Assembly (NCBI GenBank): GCA_951406725.2
Contig: OX597823.1
Location: 76,198,001 to 76,262,000 of the forward strand
DNA: 64,000 nucleotides
Reading direction: 5' to 3'
DNA from: Octopus vulgaris
Lineage: Eukaryota
In this document: positions 14,050 through 26,799 of the stretch, piece after piece
Layout of the letters: every line of letters starts with the position of its first letter
Numbering within the stretch: position 1 is the stretch's first letter
Program-made: the position numbers and the translations under genes
The notes under the pieces: model-generated
Database searches by the model: none
Told to the model about the DNA's origin: nothing
The model's input: the letters and a program-made list of their open reading frames with translations, nothing else

Positions 14050-14268
14050 CATTATTAAATCTCATATATGTATATATATATATCTCATATATATATATAT
14101 ATATATATATACGACGAGCTTCTTTCAGTCTCCGTTCAAGAAATCCACTCACAAGGCTTTGGTCGGTCCGAGAGTATAGTAGATGACACTTGCCCAGGCT
14201 TCCACGCAGTGTGGGCTGAACCCAGAATCATGTGGTTGGTAAGGAAGCTGCTTACTACACAGCCACAC
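13775..14268 (-). mobile_element. SINE family A split by expanded internal microsatellite
   Basis: 3' half 13775-13950 and 5' half 14110-14268 match the reverse complement of 123-535. Confidence 0.8.
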
Positions 14269-14684
14269 TTGGATTTTTTATTAGTTTACTCGACTAGCTA
14301 GAAATGGAAGCCAAGTCTGTTTCAAATCGGTTGCAATATCAGAAAGAGAAACTTGAATATAATTATTGTTTATGCAGAGGTAATCTATATAAATGTTAAT
14401 TTTTCACAATGCATACACTAACTTTGCCAATTATGAAATGAATTATTTCACATAAACGGTTTTTAATTTAAAAAATGTTAAAAGACTATTCATTATGCTT
14501 TACCTGTGAGTAACAATCTAAATTTCAATATTTTACTCAACTGAAAAATACAAATAGAAGTAAAGTTAATCAGTTTCTAATGATTTCAAAGACAGATTGT
14601 ATTTAAACGCTAAGTATTAGTAACAGTTTACTTAATTTAAATTCGAAATTTTACCAGCGACAAGGTATGAAAGTAGCTTAGAGT

Positions 14685-15280
14685 TAAAAGCCGAAACGGT
14701 AAGATTCGTCCTTGCTGCCCAAGATCAGAGCTTATTTACAGAAAACTACCAAGCAAACATTTTCAAATATGCAGCGGACCCAAAATGCAGAATGGCTACG
14801 ACCGAGTCGAGAAAAAAGATCATTTAGTTTTACGATGCTTCGGTTTGATTTCAACTGAATACAAAGGTATGCATCATTGGATTGGTCAATGTATTCATCG
14901 GATACTATACAAACATTATGATACAGAACATGCTCAAAACATGATGTGAACACCATGCCCTATCAGCGATTGTATTGGATTTTATAATCACAAGAGACCC
15001 CAGTGTAACCATCAATCGATTTGATATTGCCGTTCAAGATTGGAACAAAACAATCCGGATCTTTAACATGTAAGAAAAATGAATTTGCTAAAATGTATCT
15101 CGAACAACGACTAAGAAGTTGAAATTAGCAGAATGCGGCAATTGAAAACACAAACAACCCCTGCTGTAATTCGGGCAACCGAAATTGTAAAGAAGGGTGT
15201 AAACGATTGTCAGCAACGTTGCTGTTCCAACGTTTATGATACTCCAAAACTTGATCCCGACAGCACGGTTCACAATTTAT
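14685..15280 (+). pseudogene. Decayed C-terminus of RLE-type non-LTR retrotransposon (R4/Dong-like)
   Basis: Manual translation gives FVLAAQDQSLFTENYQANIFK..ADPKCR, HLV..C and DFII....NRFDIAV (NRPDI-like). Confidence 0.7.
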
Positions 15281-15484
15281 GTAAACGTTTTCTTTGTTAA
15301 ACCAAAGAAATTAATACTAAATTCCCTTCGGTAATGTATATTATTATTTTCTATCATTCAAAATTATACTTATGTTTTCTAAGTCTAACTTGATTTTATA
15401 AGTTTTTAGAGATACGTTATGTCAAGATAACAACAATACATATCCTAGGTGTCAGTGTGACATGCAATATAGGATCGTTAAGCA

Positions 15485-15625
15485 CTTGACTGGTATTTTA
15501 TTTTATAGGCCCTGGAGAGATGAAATGCAAAGTTGACCTCGGTAGGAATTGAACACAGAGAGTAAGGAATTGGAAGAAATGCCGCGAAGCATTTTTTCCG
15601 ATGCAGTGATTCTGACGTCTCACAA
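15485..15625 (-). mobile_element. SINE family B, diverged
   Basis: GATGAAATGCAAAGTTGACCTCGG matches the family B core. Confidence 0.6.
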
Positions 15626-16829
15626 CCTTTAATAGTTTCATATATCTTGACTCAAGGCAGCAATTTAGCAAGAAGTGCTAAGTCATTTTTTATTGACCCC
15701 AGCACTTGACTGACGTCATTTTCTATCGACTCCGGGTACAGGTAGCTAGGAGTGCTGCAGAGTGATATGTTAAAGGAAAGACAAATGGGAGAGAAGGTTA
15801 TCAAAGATTGAGTACGCGAGAGAAAACTACATAGAGATAATATTATCAAACTAATGAATATATGGGGCATACCAGTATTAAGATATTCTGTTTCCTTTCT
15901 AAAACTGACAATAGCAGAACTACAGGAAGCTACTAATTATGAACAAAACCCTGAAATTAATTTCGACAGGCTTCTACCAAGAAGGAAAGGTGGTTGGATA
16001 AAAGTGGCTTGTTATACGCAGAAGACACGTTAGTATTGTGTAGTGAAGAAAATATACTGTCGGTGACTAGAAAGTTTCAAAACGCAGAGTGGGAAGATTT
16101 TATAGCTCACATCAGAGGTGCAAGAGGCAAAATCTCTAGGAAACTGATAGCACTTCAACCAACTATAATCTCAATGTATTCTCCTGCCTCACTCCATCGC
16201 CCTTTTATCTTCTCCCATCCATTCTTACAACTAACGCTGGATTAACCATTTAACAAAATAAACACGTGATAAGAACATCAAAGAAAAGGAGCACTACAGA
16301 AAGGGTAAGTGGTGTACGATCCAAAAGAAATCAGTCTAAATTTGCTAAAAAAATATTTGAAGTGGTTTATATAATCGGAAATCTAATTCCCAAGTGTTCA
16401 TGGTGTCGTAGTGAAGAGTTGATCAAAGACTTTGTGATTTAATAAAAACGTTGGAGAAAACTTTTAAATTGTAAATAAATGGAAGTATACAAAAAAAAAA
16501 ACATTATTTTCCATCGCACTATAAGTTTTGTTGCATTTTACAAAATTAAAATTTATTTTATAAAATTATTTATATTTTGAATTACGTACATATGAGGACA
16601 CTAAAATCTTTTAATTGTTTAGGGCCTTTATGGGTATTAAGCACATCAATAAGAATAAGACTACAGTTTTTCACTCTCATAAAACTTTCTTTTTTAGTGC
16701 TACTTTTTTTTACAACACATTTGTTGTGGATAATTTTTGAGCGTCGCTGATTTTGAATTTATCTACTATACCAGATATATTGAAAGAATTCATGAAGTGA
16801 AGACTGGAAGCAGAAATGCAAAGGAAACC

Positions 16830-18650
16830 ATAAAAGGATTGTGCTAGATAAGAAATTTAATGTTTTAAAAGGGCTTCGTGCGGATGTAAAAAATCATCCA
16901 CATTGCCAGAACATTGAATTTTGCAACGTGTACAATGAAATAATGCGTGGCAATAGAGAGAAAGTCATGAGCTCAAACAACTTCTCCATTAACTGCGCGG
17001 ACTTTATTTTTCTCATAGATCTAATGTTATGCTTTGGATCGATGATCAGACTCGATGTAATGCGTTGATAAGCGCCATGGTAATTTAAACAAAGTCAAAC
17101 GTTTGTATGAGGATTTCCAGGAAAGGGAAAGTTTTATCTAATGAGAAATCTTTTCTGACAAGTAAAATCTAGTTTGAAAAGTTTAAGCACTTGAATTTGC
17201 CAAACATAGAAATGATTAATGAAGCTACTAATGATGATATAGAGGCTGCTACTAATTATCCTCAGCTGCTGAGGAAAATTATCTTTCAAGAGGGCTACCA
17301 GAACAAGAACACAATGTTTGATGTAACTGCACGTTTTTGGATGTTCACGCTGCTGAAAATGTTATTTCTCGAGAAGAAATATCAACACAAAGATTTAAAT
17401 CTTCCAGAAAGTGTCGTGCGTTTCTTCTGAGAGGAAATACCGCTGGTGATATGAAATAATAGCCTCAACTCGTGTATTACTCTGAAAAATCAAAAGACTT
17501 TCAAGGTTTACGCAAAGTTTCAGTTGCCTCTGATTTGGGACATTTCAAATGAGTAAGCATGGCTGACTTAGTGGTTCTTCGAAGAGAAGTTTCCGAACAT
17601 TTATTTGGCTTTTTGTCCTGTTGTAGAAAGGTATTGTGCGATTTATAATGGTTCCAAATTTTGGACGCAAAGTCATGATTTCGGGGAGGGTGTAAGTCAA
17701 TTACATCGACCCCAACGCTCAACTGGTATTTATTTTATTAACCCCAAAATGAAAGCAGGTGAAGTCGGCCTCGGTAAAATTTAAACTCAGAAAATAAAGA
17801 CGGACAGAATGCCGCTAACGATACTGTGATCTCATTGCCTTTATTGTACCATACATAATATTTATTTCTTTATTGCCCACAAGGGGCTAAAAATAGAGGG
17901 GACAAACAAGGACAGACAAAGGGATTAAATCGATTACATCGACCCCGGTGCGTAACTGGTACTCATTTAATCAACCCCGAATGGATGAAAGGCAAAGTTG
18001 ACCTCGGCGGAATTTGAATTCAGAACGTAACGGCAGGCGAAATACCGCTAAGCATTTCGCTCGGTGTGCAAACGATTCTGCCAACTCGCCATACATAATA
18101 AATCCGAAGAGGCATTACTAGTGAAATTAAATGAAATGACTGACAATGTGAATTCAGAATTTATTCCCAAGAAAGCATCTTCTATTCTCTAACAAACGGA
18201 TCCAGTTGTGATTGTTACTCGGGAAAATATACAGCTATGCAATTTCCGGGACTTTACTTTTCCACAAACAGAAAGTCTGCATCAAATTCGGAAAGACATT
18301 GCAACATTTGTATAAATGATGTCAGATTTAAAGAAGTCATTGCAGATGATGTGACTAAGTTTCTAGCATTCCACAGAGAATAGTTATCTAATGAAGAGAT
18401 GAGGCTGTTAGAAAAAGATCGAGCTGAAAATACAAACGGGACTGCGGAAATTCCAATTCCTGCAAGTAAGTTCGCAGCATTTCTCGAGGAAAATCATCAA
18501 GATTTTGCTGACAGCTTCCCTTATCATATATGTTACACAAAAAGTATAATAGTTTACAATGATCAATTCCTGCGCTGTGTGGCACAAAGAGATGGTGTGC
18601 AATAAACATTCTCCTAGAAACTCTCGTTCCATCATTACCCCTCAGGCAGT
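16830..18650 (+). pseudogene. Decayed pogo/Tigger transposase interrupted by SINEs
   Basis: Fragments MLWIDDQTRCN, DIEAATNYPQLLRKII, ISREE...RFKSS...FLLRGNTAGDMK, EFIPKKASSIL*QTD (cf. FLPPNTTSLIQPMD); many stops and frameshifts. Confidence 0.75.
17861..18090 (-). mobile_element. SINE family B (Meta-domain-like core) with TSD
   Basis: Full-length copy; TSD CCATACATAATA at 17849-17860 and 18089-18100; another diverged copy at 17690-17820. Confidence 0.85.
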
Positions 18651-18971
18651 AATCAACATGGTTTGTCGTATTATCATATTGAGATTGTATTTTAGCTTTC
18701 TTTTGTTTATTAATTTATATTTTGGTAATAGTCGTTTTGTTGGATTTCACGCAAAGGGAAGATTTTCAAGAACTATTGCTTTCGCAACGTGATCATTACA
18801 GTTTAAACACACACACATCCGTATGTGTGTATGTGTGTGTGTGTGATAAAAATTCAAGACATTCTGAGATACATGAAAATAAGTATTTTTATCATCATCA
18901 TCATCATCATCATCATCACTATTATTAAAATCATTACAATCACTACCATCGCCATCTTCATCATCATCATT

Positions 18972-19370
18972 AGGCGGCGAGCTGGCAGAAACGTTAGCAC
19001 GCCGGGCGAAATGCGTAACCATATTTCGTCTGCCGTTACGTTCTGAATTCAAATTCCGCCGAGGTTGACTTTGCCTTTCATCCTTTCGGGGTCGATAAAT
19101 TAAGTACCAGTTACGCACTGGGGTCGATGTAATCGACTTTATCCCTTTGTCTGTCCATGTTTGTCCCCTCTGTGCATAGCCCCTTGTGGGAAGTAAAGAA
19201 ATAGGTATTTCGTGCGTCGTTACGTACTGAGTTCAAATTCCGCCAAGGTCGACTTTGCCTTTCATCCCTTTGGGATCGATGAAATAAATACTAGTTACGC
19301 ACTGAAATCGATGAAATCGACTAGCTCCATCCCCTAAAATTTCAGACCTGGTGCCTATAATAAAAGGGAT
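18972..19370 (+). mobile_element. SINE family B head-to-tail dimer
   Basis: GGCGGCGAGCTGGCAGAA head, B-box GTTCAAATTCC (second unit), core GACTTTGCCTTTCATCC twice; ends in (ATT)n. Confidence 0.85.
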
Positions 19371-19378
19371 TATTATTA

Positions 19379-19457
<79 letters not shown>

Positions 19458-19460
19458 CAT
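19369..19460. repeat. (ATT)n microsatellite (SINE tail expansion)
   Basis: Directly visible. Confidence 0.95.
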
Positions 19461-20050
19461 CAATAAGTATTTAAATTATTTTAATTATTTTACCACGCAA
19501 TATAACCTCAATGCGTTCAGTCGTTTCTGTTAGCAATGATAACCAATTCTTTTAATCCCATTCACTTATTCTAAATAACAACAACGACATCAAATAGCAT
19601 GAACAATAATTTCAACACAAAATATACAGTACAAACAATACCAGGATTCAAAAAGGATTTTTCTCAATTTCGTTTTGTCTATTCGTGTTTTATAAACAAC
19701 TGAGTGTATTTTATTGATAAAAGTGAAACATTGAAAAATGAAATGAATCGTGTATATACAAAAATAACTTTGCTATTCTGAATGGCCGAAACGAACATAA
19801 AGATGCTTAAAAGTCGGTTATTATCATAGATAAGATTAGTACTATAACTTGCTATTTTCATTTCTCAACAGCGTCGTTTAGTTAACTTATTAAGACAGCA
19901 TCGTAGAAAATACATAATAAATTTCCATATTTCAGCATTAGTCGTCACAAGAAATTGTAAAATGCGTGATATAGTTGATATTCAACTTGCTTTAGAATTT
20001 TTAAATTCTTTTAATATAATAACTATGGAGTCCATAAGTATATAAGTGTG

Positions 20051-20419
20051 GGATCTTTTCTTTTTGAAAGCCAGATTTTCCTAGTTAACTAAACAATTTG
20101 AAACTTCGTATACTGGTAGAATGTGTCAAAAAAAAAACATAATTGTAAACCAAAATGAAAACGGAATTGTAATTTCTAAGTTTAACGTTGTTTAAAAATT
20201 CGAATTTTAACCAATGATATTCTTTCTTTCGGCCTCATGTTATTTACTGCTTCTCAAAATATTGTTACTGTGACGTAAACAGCTATTTTGTGACGTAGTT
20301 AACGTAAACATGTAAATAGCTAACTAAAATGTAAACATCTCCGCTTATCAAAACTTCGTGGAGTATATATAAAATTTGTGTAGATCCTAAATAGCTACAC
20401 ACACATGTATACAAACATA

Positions 20420-20470
<51 letters not shown>

Positions 20471-20666
20471 CTATACACACATATTCTAATGCATATGCAT
20501 ATATGTGTATATATTTATAATGTGTGTGTATTATAGATGCATACATTATATATATAAAAGATGTTTACATACAATATATATATATGTTATATACATCTAC
20601 ATATATTTTATGTATGAATATATAAGTACCACAGAATTTGAATCAAACTGTTTTGATCCATACATA

Positions 20667-20702
<36 letters not shown>

Positions 20703-21159
20703 AACACTACCATCCATGAGACATCCTAACATAATCAATGCTACTACTACTATCATCATCATTATCATCATCATCCACTGCCGCCACCACCACCACCACC
20801 TCTACAAAAACACCAACACTATAATTGCTGCCATCATATACATCCACTGTCACCACTACCACCACTGCCATGATAACCACATCTACCACAGTTGTTTGCT
20901 TACTGCTTACCCACTCACAAAATAGCTATCTACGTCACATTAACACTATGCAGCTAATAATTTCAAATGAAAACAGACAATATGATTGGTTAAAATTCGC
21001 AGATTTAAACTACGTTTAAACCTATAAAATATATTTTTGTCAAAAAAACTAGTTGAAATTATTGTTTTCTTTTGACACATTCTACCAGTATACGAAGTTT
21101 CAAATTATTTAGTTAACTAGAAAAATCTGAAAAATCTGGCTTTCAAAAAGAAAAGATCC
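20051..21159. mobile_element. 1.1-kb MITE forming the left arm of E1
   Basis: Internal inverted TIR copy ending ...CTGGCTTTCAAAAAGAAAAGATCC at 21159. Confidence 0.85.
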
Positions 21160-21286
21160 GGGTTTGGGTTTTAAGGTTAGGGTTTTAGGGTTAGGGTTTT
21201 AGAGCTAGGTTTTATGGTTAGGGTTTTAGAGTTAGGGTTAGGTTTAGGGTTTTAGGGTTAGGGTTGGGATTTAGGATTAGAGTTAC
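21160..21286 (+). repeat. Degenerate interstitial telomere-like (TTAGGG/TTTTAGGG)n tract
   Basis: Directly visible. Confidence 0.85.
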
Positions 21287-21753
21287 GGAAACAAGCGAGA
21301 AATAAAGAAATTGGAGGTGGAGGGGTAGGAGGCAAAATTTTTTTCCGAAAATAGTTGCTGAAATCAAGAAATTGCCGAAGAAAGACTTTCACTTTTTTAT
21401 GAGCGGCTATCGAAAACGCTGGGGTTTTAATATGACAAAAGAAAATACAAAAATGGTGGGCTTTTATGCACATATGTACTAATGGATATCATATATATAC
21501 GTACAAAATGAAACTTGAGATTTCGAAAGAAATTGTGATGTGTGCCACTAGTTTCCTTTTCACATCAAATTCCAATATAATCTGAATATATACATTCTGA
21601 AAAGTATTTGTAGCAAATTTCATTAAAAAATACCCAAGTTATGAGGAAACAAAGTCAACTCATGTGAATTTCCCGAAACCCCTCTTCCTAACCACAGAAT
21701 CTTTTTAAATATCAAATTCCTATGTAAGCGGAATATACACAATCTAAAACATA

Positions 21754-22265
21754 CCGTAAATCCTCAAGTATAATTCGCATTATTTTCCCAAAATTTAAAG
21801 GTCAAAATCCCTAATGCGTACTATATATGAGGTTAAAAATGGAAATTATTTTCTAAGCAATGTCCAAGTCTCTATTTGCTATCAGGCAATGTTTATTCAG
21901 AGGCATTTTGTGATGTCGAGCTCGAAAATACCCTAAGCTAAGCCTGAAAGCAATGAAGTCATAAAAGAATCATCCATAACTTGCAATAAGCAACATTTAT
22001 TAAACGTTATTACTGTTATTTCTTTATTTTCTGCAAACAAAATGCACAAAAAAGCTACACGTTTACATTATGTTATATATACAATAATAATAAAGGATGT
22101 TACCGTATACATTTTTAGAAACCAAGGACGTTATATACACCTCCTTGACTGAAGTTAGAGAAGGGGTGCGTATTATACACAAGGTTTAGGTTTTCCAGAG
22201 GTACAGCCCCCTAAAAATCCCCTGCGTATTATACTCAAGGGGAGACTATACTCGAGGATTAACGG
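21754..22265. mobile_element. Tc1/mariner-superfamily (pogo-like) MITE
   Basis: TIRs CCGTAAATCCTCAAGTATA / TATACTCGAGGATTAACGG, TA on both sides. Confidence 0.75.
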
Positions 22266-22744
22266 TATTTTTTGAAAATTTCATTAAAAAAATTTACATT
22301 TTTCTGGAAGTTATGAGGCAACAAAGTCGGTCGGGTAGGGGCACACATGTATAGGTAAACCGACATTTGCATTATTTTACAATAATCATTTCAAATCCTG
22401 CTCGGCTGGTTTTTGTCTTATCTTTCAGGGCCCAATAGAATGAGTTAATCGTAATAAAACAGAGTTGTAAACACCCCTATACCTATCCATTCAAATGCTA
22501 ACGTCAGTACAGTTGGTCAAGGAAAACCGGTCTTTTTACTTTTATTGGAATTGATATTGTATTTATTTAAGATGCCAAAGGAGTTCTGTGTTTTTGTTTT
22601 TATGAAGACGCTTCATGAATAATCTAATCTTCTCACTCCTTCGGTCATTGTTTTACTAAGATAAAAATAGTATGATGACTTATAAAATATTTAGAGGAAT
22701 ATTAGGTTTTACAGGCCAGATGTTTAAAAAATATTGGAGTAGCT

Positions 22745-22858
22745 GATTCCGGGTTCAGTCCCACTGTCTGGCACCTTGGGCAAGTGTCTTCTACTATAAC
22801 CTCGGGACAACCAAAGCCTTGTGAGTGGATTTGGTAGACGGAAACTGAAAGAAGCCCG

Positions 22859-22920
<62 letters not shown>

Positions 22921-23110
22921 GTGTGTGTTTGTGTGTCTGTGTTTGTCCCCCTAGCATTGCTTGGCAACCGATGCTGGTGTATTTATGTCCCCGTTACTTA
23001 GCGGTTTGGCAAAAGAGACCGATAGAATAAGTACAGGGCTTACAAAAAGAATAAGTCCCGGGGTCGAGTTGCTTGATTAAAGGCGATGCTCCAGCATGGC
23101 CGCGGTCAAG
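22745..23110 (+). mobile_element. SINE family A, 5'-truncated
   Basis: Match to 123-535. Confidence 0.8.
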
Positions 23111-23489
23111 AGTAACATTAAAAGTAAAATATGTTTTATATGACACATTAGGGTTAGGGTTAGTGTCCGAAGGTTGAAAGTGTTTAGTTACAAAAAATAT
23201 ATTTCTCGATCTGCCGTTGAAAGGGTAAAGATCCCTTATATTATTTATTTAAACACTTTACAAACTAGAAGGGTTATGGGTCAAGAGGAAAATACATCAA
23301 TCAAATGTTGGGAAGGCCATCGGTTGAATAAAACAACATTGTTCCTCAACAGAACAATAAGGCTCTATAGTTAGGGGGAAATTTACCCATTCAGTTTCAA
23401 AACTCAGGTGGGGCCAAAAGAGGTCTCTACACATACATACGTATACACACACACATACATACATACATATATCCAGACAACTTCAGCTT

Positions 23490-23527
<38 letters not shown>

Positions 23528-24601
23528 TACCGCTTGGATCGCTTTCAATGCCACTACGTCCCGTCCGATTCGCTCCAAAATTTACAGGGACATGTAGAAA
23601 TAGGTGACAAAGCTCGTGGGCTACCTCAGAAATCCCTATCTTAAAAGGTGTGGTTGCTAGGGGGCATCTTCCTCACTTACGCTATTTCCTCCAGTACCCT
23701 CTCACTCCCCTTCAAATATAACTTTGATATTTCCACTACCGTTATTTAAAGTATCTGTCACTCTCGCTATTTCCTCTCATATTCGCTCACTCTGTTTCTT
23801 ACCTTCCCATTACATCGGCGTTATTTTACGTATCTGTCTGTCACCAACAACACACGAGCATGAGAACAAATATTATGAACCAGATATTCTTGCGTTCATT
23901 TATATGTATGTGTGTGTCTTCTATATATAAATATGTATATATAATGTATGTGTGTGTGTGTTCTATATATAAATATGTATATATAATGTATGTGTGCGTG
24001 TGTGTGTGTTCAATATATAAATATGTATATTTAATGTATGTGTGTGTGTGTTCTATATATAAATATGTATATATAATGTATATATACAAAGTGTATATAT
24101 CTGTATTTATGTATATTAAACTTTTTCATACTTTTTCATAGTTATATATATATTAAAACAAATTATAAATATAATTTAATAATTTTTATTTTCAATTTAA
24201 TTTAAATTTTTAAATTTTATATTTTCTATATTTTCTATATTTTATTTGTTTTTAATGTTTTTGTTTTTGTTTTTTCACTGTTTGATTTGCATAAAAATTC
24301 CATTTTTCACTTTTATGATTATACCCAGAGTGCTCTAATCGAATATGAACTGTCTTCCCATTGGCGGACGTTTGTCTTTTTTATTTTTGAAACAAACGCA
24401 TTGCCTCTTTCGTTTTAAAACAATAAAACAATACTACCTTAATACATTGCTCCAACAAACAAAACATCACCCACTCTCATTCTTTTATGTATCTGAGAAT
24501 GTGTGTCTGTCTGTCTGTGTGTTTCCCTAAAACTTGAGAACTACACAACCAATTTCATTCAAATTTTACACATGACTTACTTAGAGTATAAGGAGTGTGT
24601 T

Positions 24602-24945
24602 GAGCTGGGCTCTGGGCGCCATTGGGCTCACTGTCCACGGCTACGAGACCACAGTGAGCGCTATGGCGACCAGAGCTCGCTCTGGGCGCCATTGGGCTCA
24701 CTGTCCACGGCTACGACACCACAGTGAGCGTTATGGCAACCAGAGCTCGCTCTAGGCGCCATTGGGCTCACTGTCCACGGCTACGACACCACAGTGAGCG
24801 CTTTGGCGACCAGAGCTCGCTCTGGGCGCCATTGGGCTCACTGTCCACGGCTACGACACAACAGTGAGTGCTATGGCGACCAGAGCTCGCTCTGGGCGCC
24901 ATTGGGCTCACTGTCGGCGGCTACGACACCACAGTGAGCGCTATG
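24602..24945. repeat. 70-bp GC-rich hairpin minisatellite, ~5 units
   Basis: Period 70 (CAGAGCTCGC at 24671, 24741, 24811, 24881). Confidence 0.95.
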
Positions 24946-25312
24946 TCTGTCTCCTACGATTTAGATTCCTAACTGCTCCCACATTTTGTGGTGCAGTTTA
25001 ACCAAAACCGGGTATCTTATAGTCGTGATTCATATCGAGCCCTTCTGGGTATTAGCACGCGTCTACGATGAGTAAACGATTTTAAAAAAAATTTACCATC
25101 AGTTTTTCCATTTTAATGCATTTTTTCTCTATTATATAAGGAAATAACTCTCTAAAAATGTCTACGATGAGTCAATGATTTTTTTAAAAATTACCATCAT
25201 TTTTTATTCCATTTTTAATGCATTTTTTTGCTATTTTTTGCTATAACTCTCTAAAAATGCTTATATAGTTATTTCACTTACAAACCCGAGCAACGCCGGG
25301 TGATACTGCTAG
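24944..25312 (+). mobile_element. Non-autonomous Helitron (3' portion)
   Basis: Hairpin CCCGAGCAACGCCGGG then CTAG|T terminus; inverted copy of 32074-32471. Confidence 0.85.
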
Positions 25313-25549
25313 TTAAATATAAAATAACAATAATATACCGATGATTAAGTAATGTACAAAATAATAAATAAATCGTATATATCATGAATTGAGAAAAGGT
25401 GTTTTTTTTTCTAATTTATATATATATATAAATTTATCAATATCAATTTAGCAAAAAAATTCAAGAAAAATTCAAGAAAAATTTTTCGCAACCAGCGGTC
25501 AAGTGAGAAAGAAGAAATAGTCACAGACTATATAATATATTCAACAATA

Positions 25550-26065
25550 GTATTAAGGAATATATATATATTCAGTCAAACTAATGCACCTGCTTGTTAT
25601 TCCTGCACCTGTCTTCGTCTTTTGTTGTTTTCTGTAAATATATCCTTTTATATATCTGTGCTGCAAGATTCTTGATGTGAAACCGTGCGTTGAAACAGAT
25701 GTTGTATTTCGCTCTTTTTGCCACATAAACAGACGCACTATATAATTCCCTTTTCAATCATTTATTACTGTTCTTATTCTAATTTATGTTTATCGTCCGG
25801 AAATCTTTCGTCACACCTCTGTGAACTCTTCAGCGACACTTTCCGTCTTCATGTGTACTCTTGCTCCGCTTTTATACATATACACACATACGCGAGTAAA
25901 TATACGGGTAAAACCCTTGTGGTATGATATATAAAGCTCGTATAAAGTCTTACTCAAAGAAGGTGCATTTCACACCTTGAATTGGTGATAATGATTACAC
26001 AACATCTCACCAATGAACAAGTGTAAAAATGTGTCGGAACAATTGTAATGTTTATAGATAATGTC
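25550..26065 (-). mobile_element. Penelope-type terminal remnant with hammerhead-like core
   Basis: Minus strand CTGAAGA-GTTCAC-AGAGGT-GTGAC-GAAA at 25806-25833; (TA)n flank. Confidence 0.45.
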
Positions 26066-26096
<31 letters not shown>

Positions 26097-26487
26097 TGTA
26101 TGTATGTGTGTATGTGTGTATGTATATACTTACATATATATGTATATACATATGCATATATGGGTACAGGACGTCACAGAAGGTAAACAACATGAAATAC
26201 GAAATACGAAAATATGGAATGCGAACTTTTTTGCGAACAGCGAAAAACAATATTATCGATAATGCCCGAAATTGCGTTTGACTCCTCTTGCTGATAACTG
26301 ATGAAGAATTTATGACCTTGTGTGTTTTCTGTTCGCCTGTGCATTTCGTATGTGTTCGTTTATTTATTTACTATACGTTTATTTTTAATTGTATATATAT
26401 AGATATGATATATTTTCCGTTTGTTGTCTTTTTATTTAATCCTGAAGATATTATTTATGTAACGCACGCACTCATTAATCTTTTACC

Positions 26488-26550
<63 letters not shown>

Positions 26551-26718
26551 GGTTCAAATTTACAGAAAACAAACGACGAAGACAGGTGAAAGAACAACAA
26601 GCAGAGTTTGAAGGTTTTTTAGTTATAGAAATCGACCCCAGGACTTACTCTTTGGAACCCTAGCACTTATTCTATCGGTGTCTTTTTCTAAAACGCTAAG
26701 CTACGGGGACGTGTATAT

Positions 26719-26799
<81 letters not shown>

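Noticed and set aside
21160-21286. True chromosome end
   Set aside because: Short, degenerate and internal to a transposon
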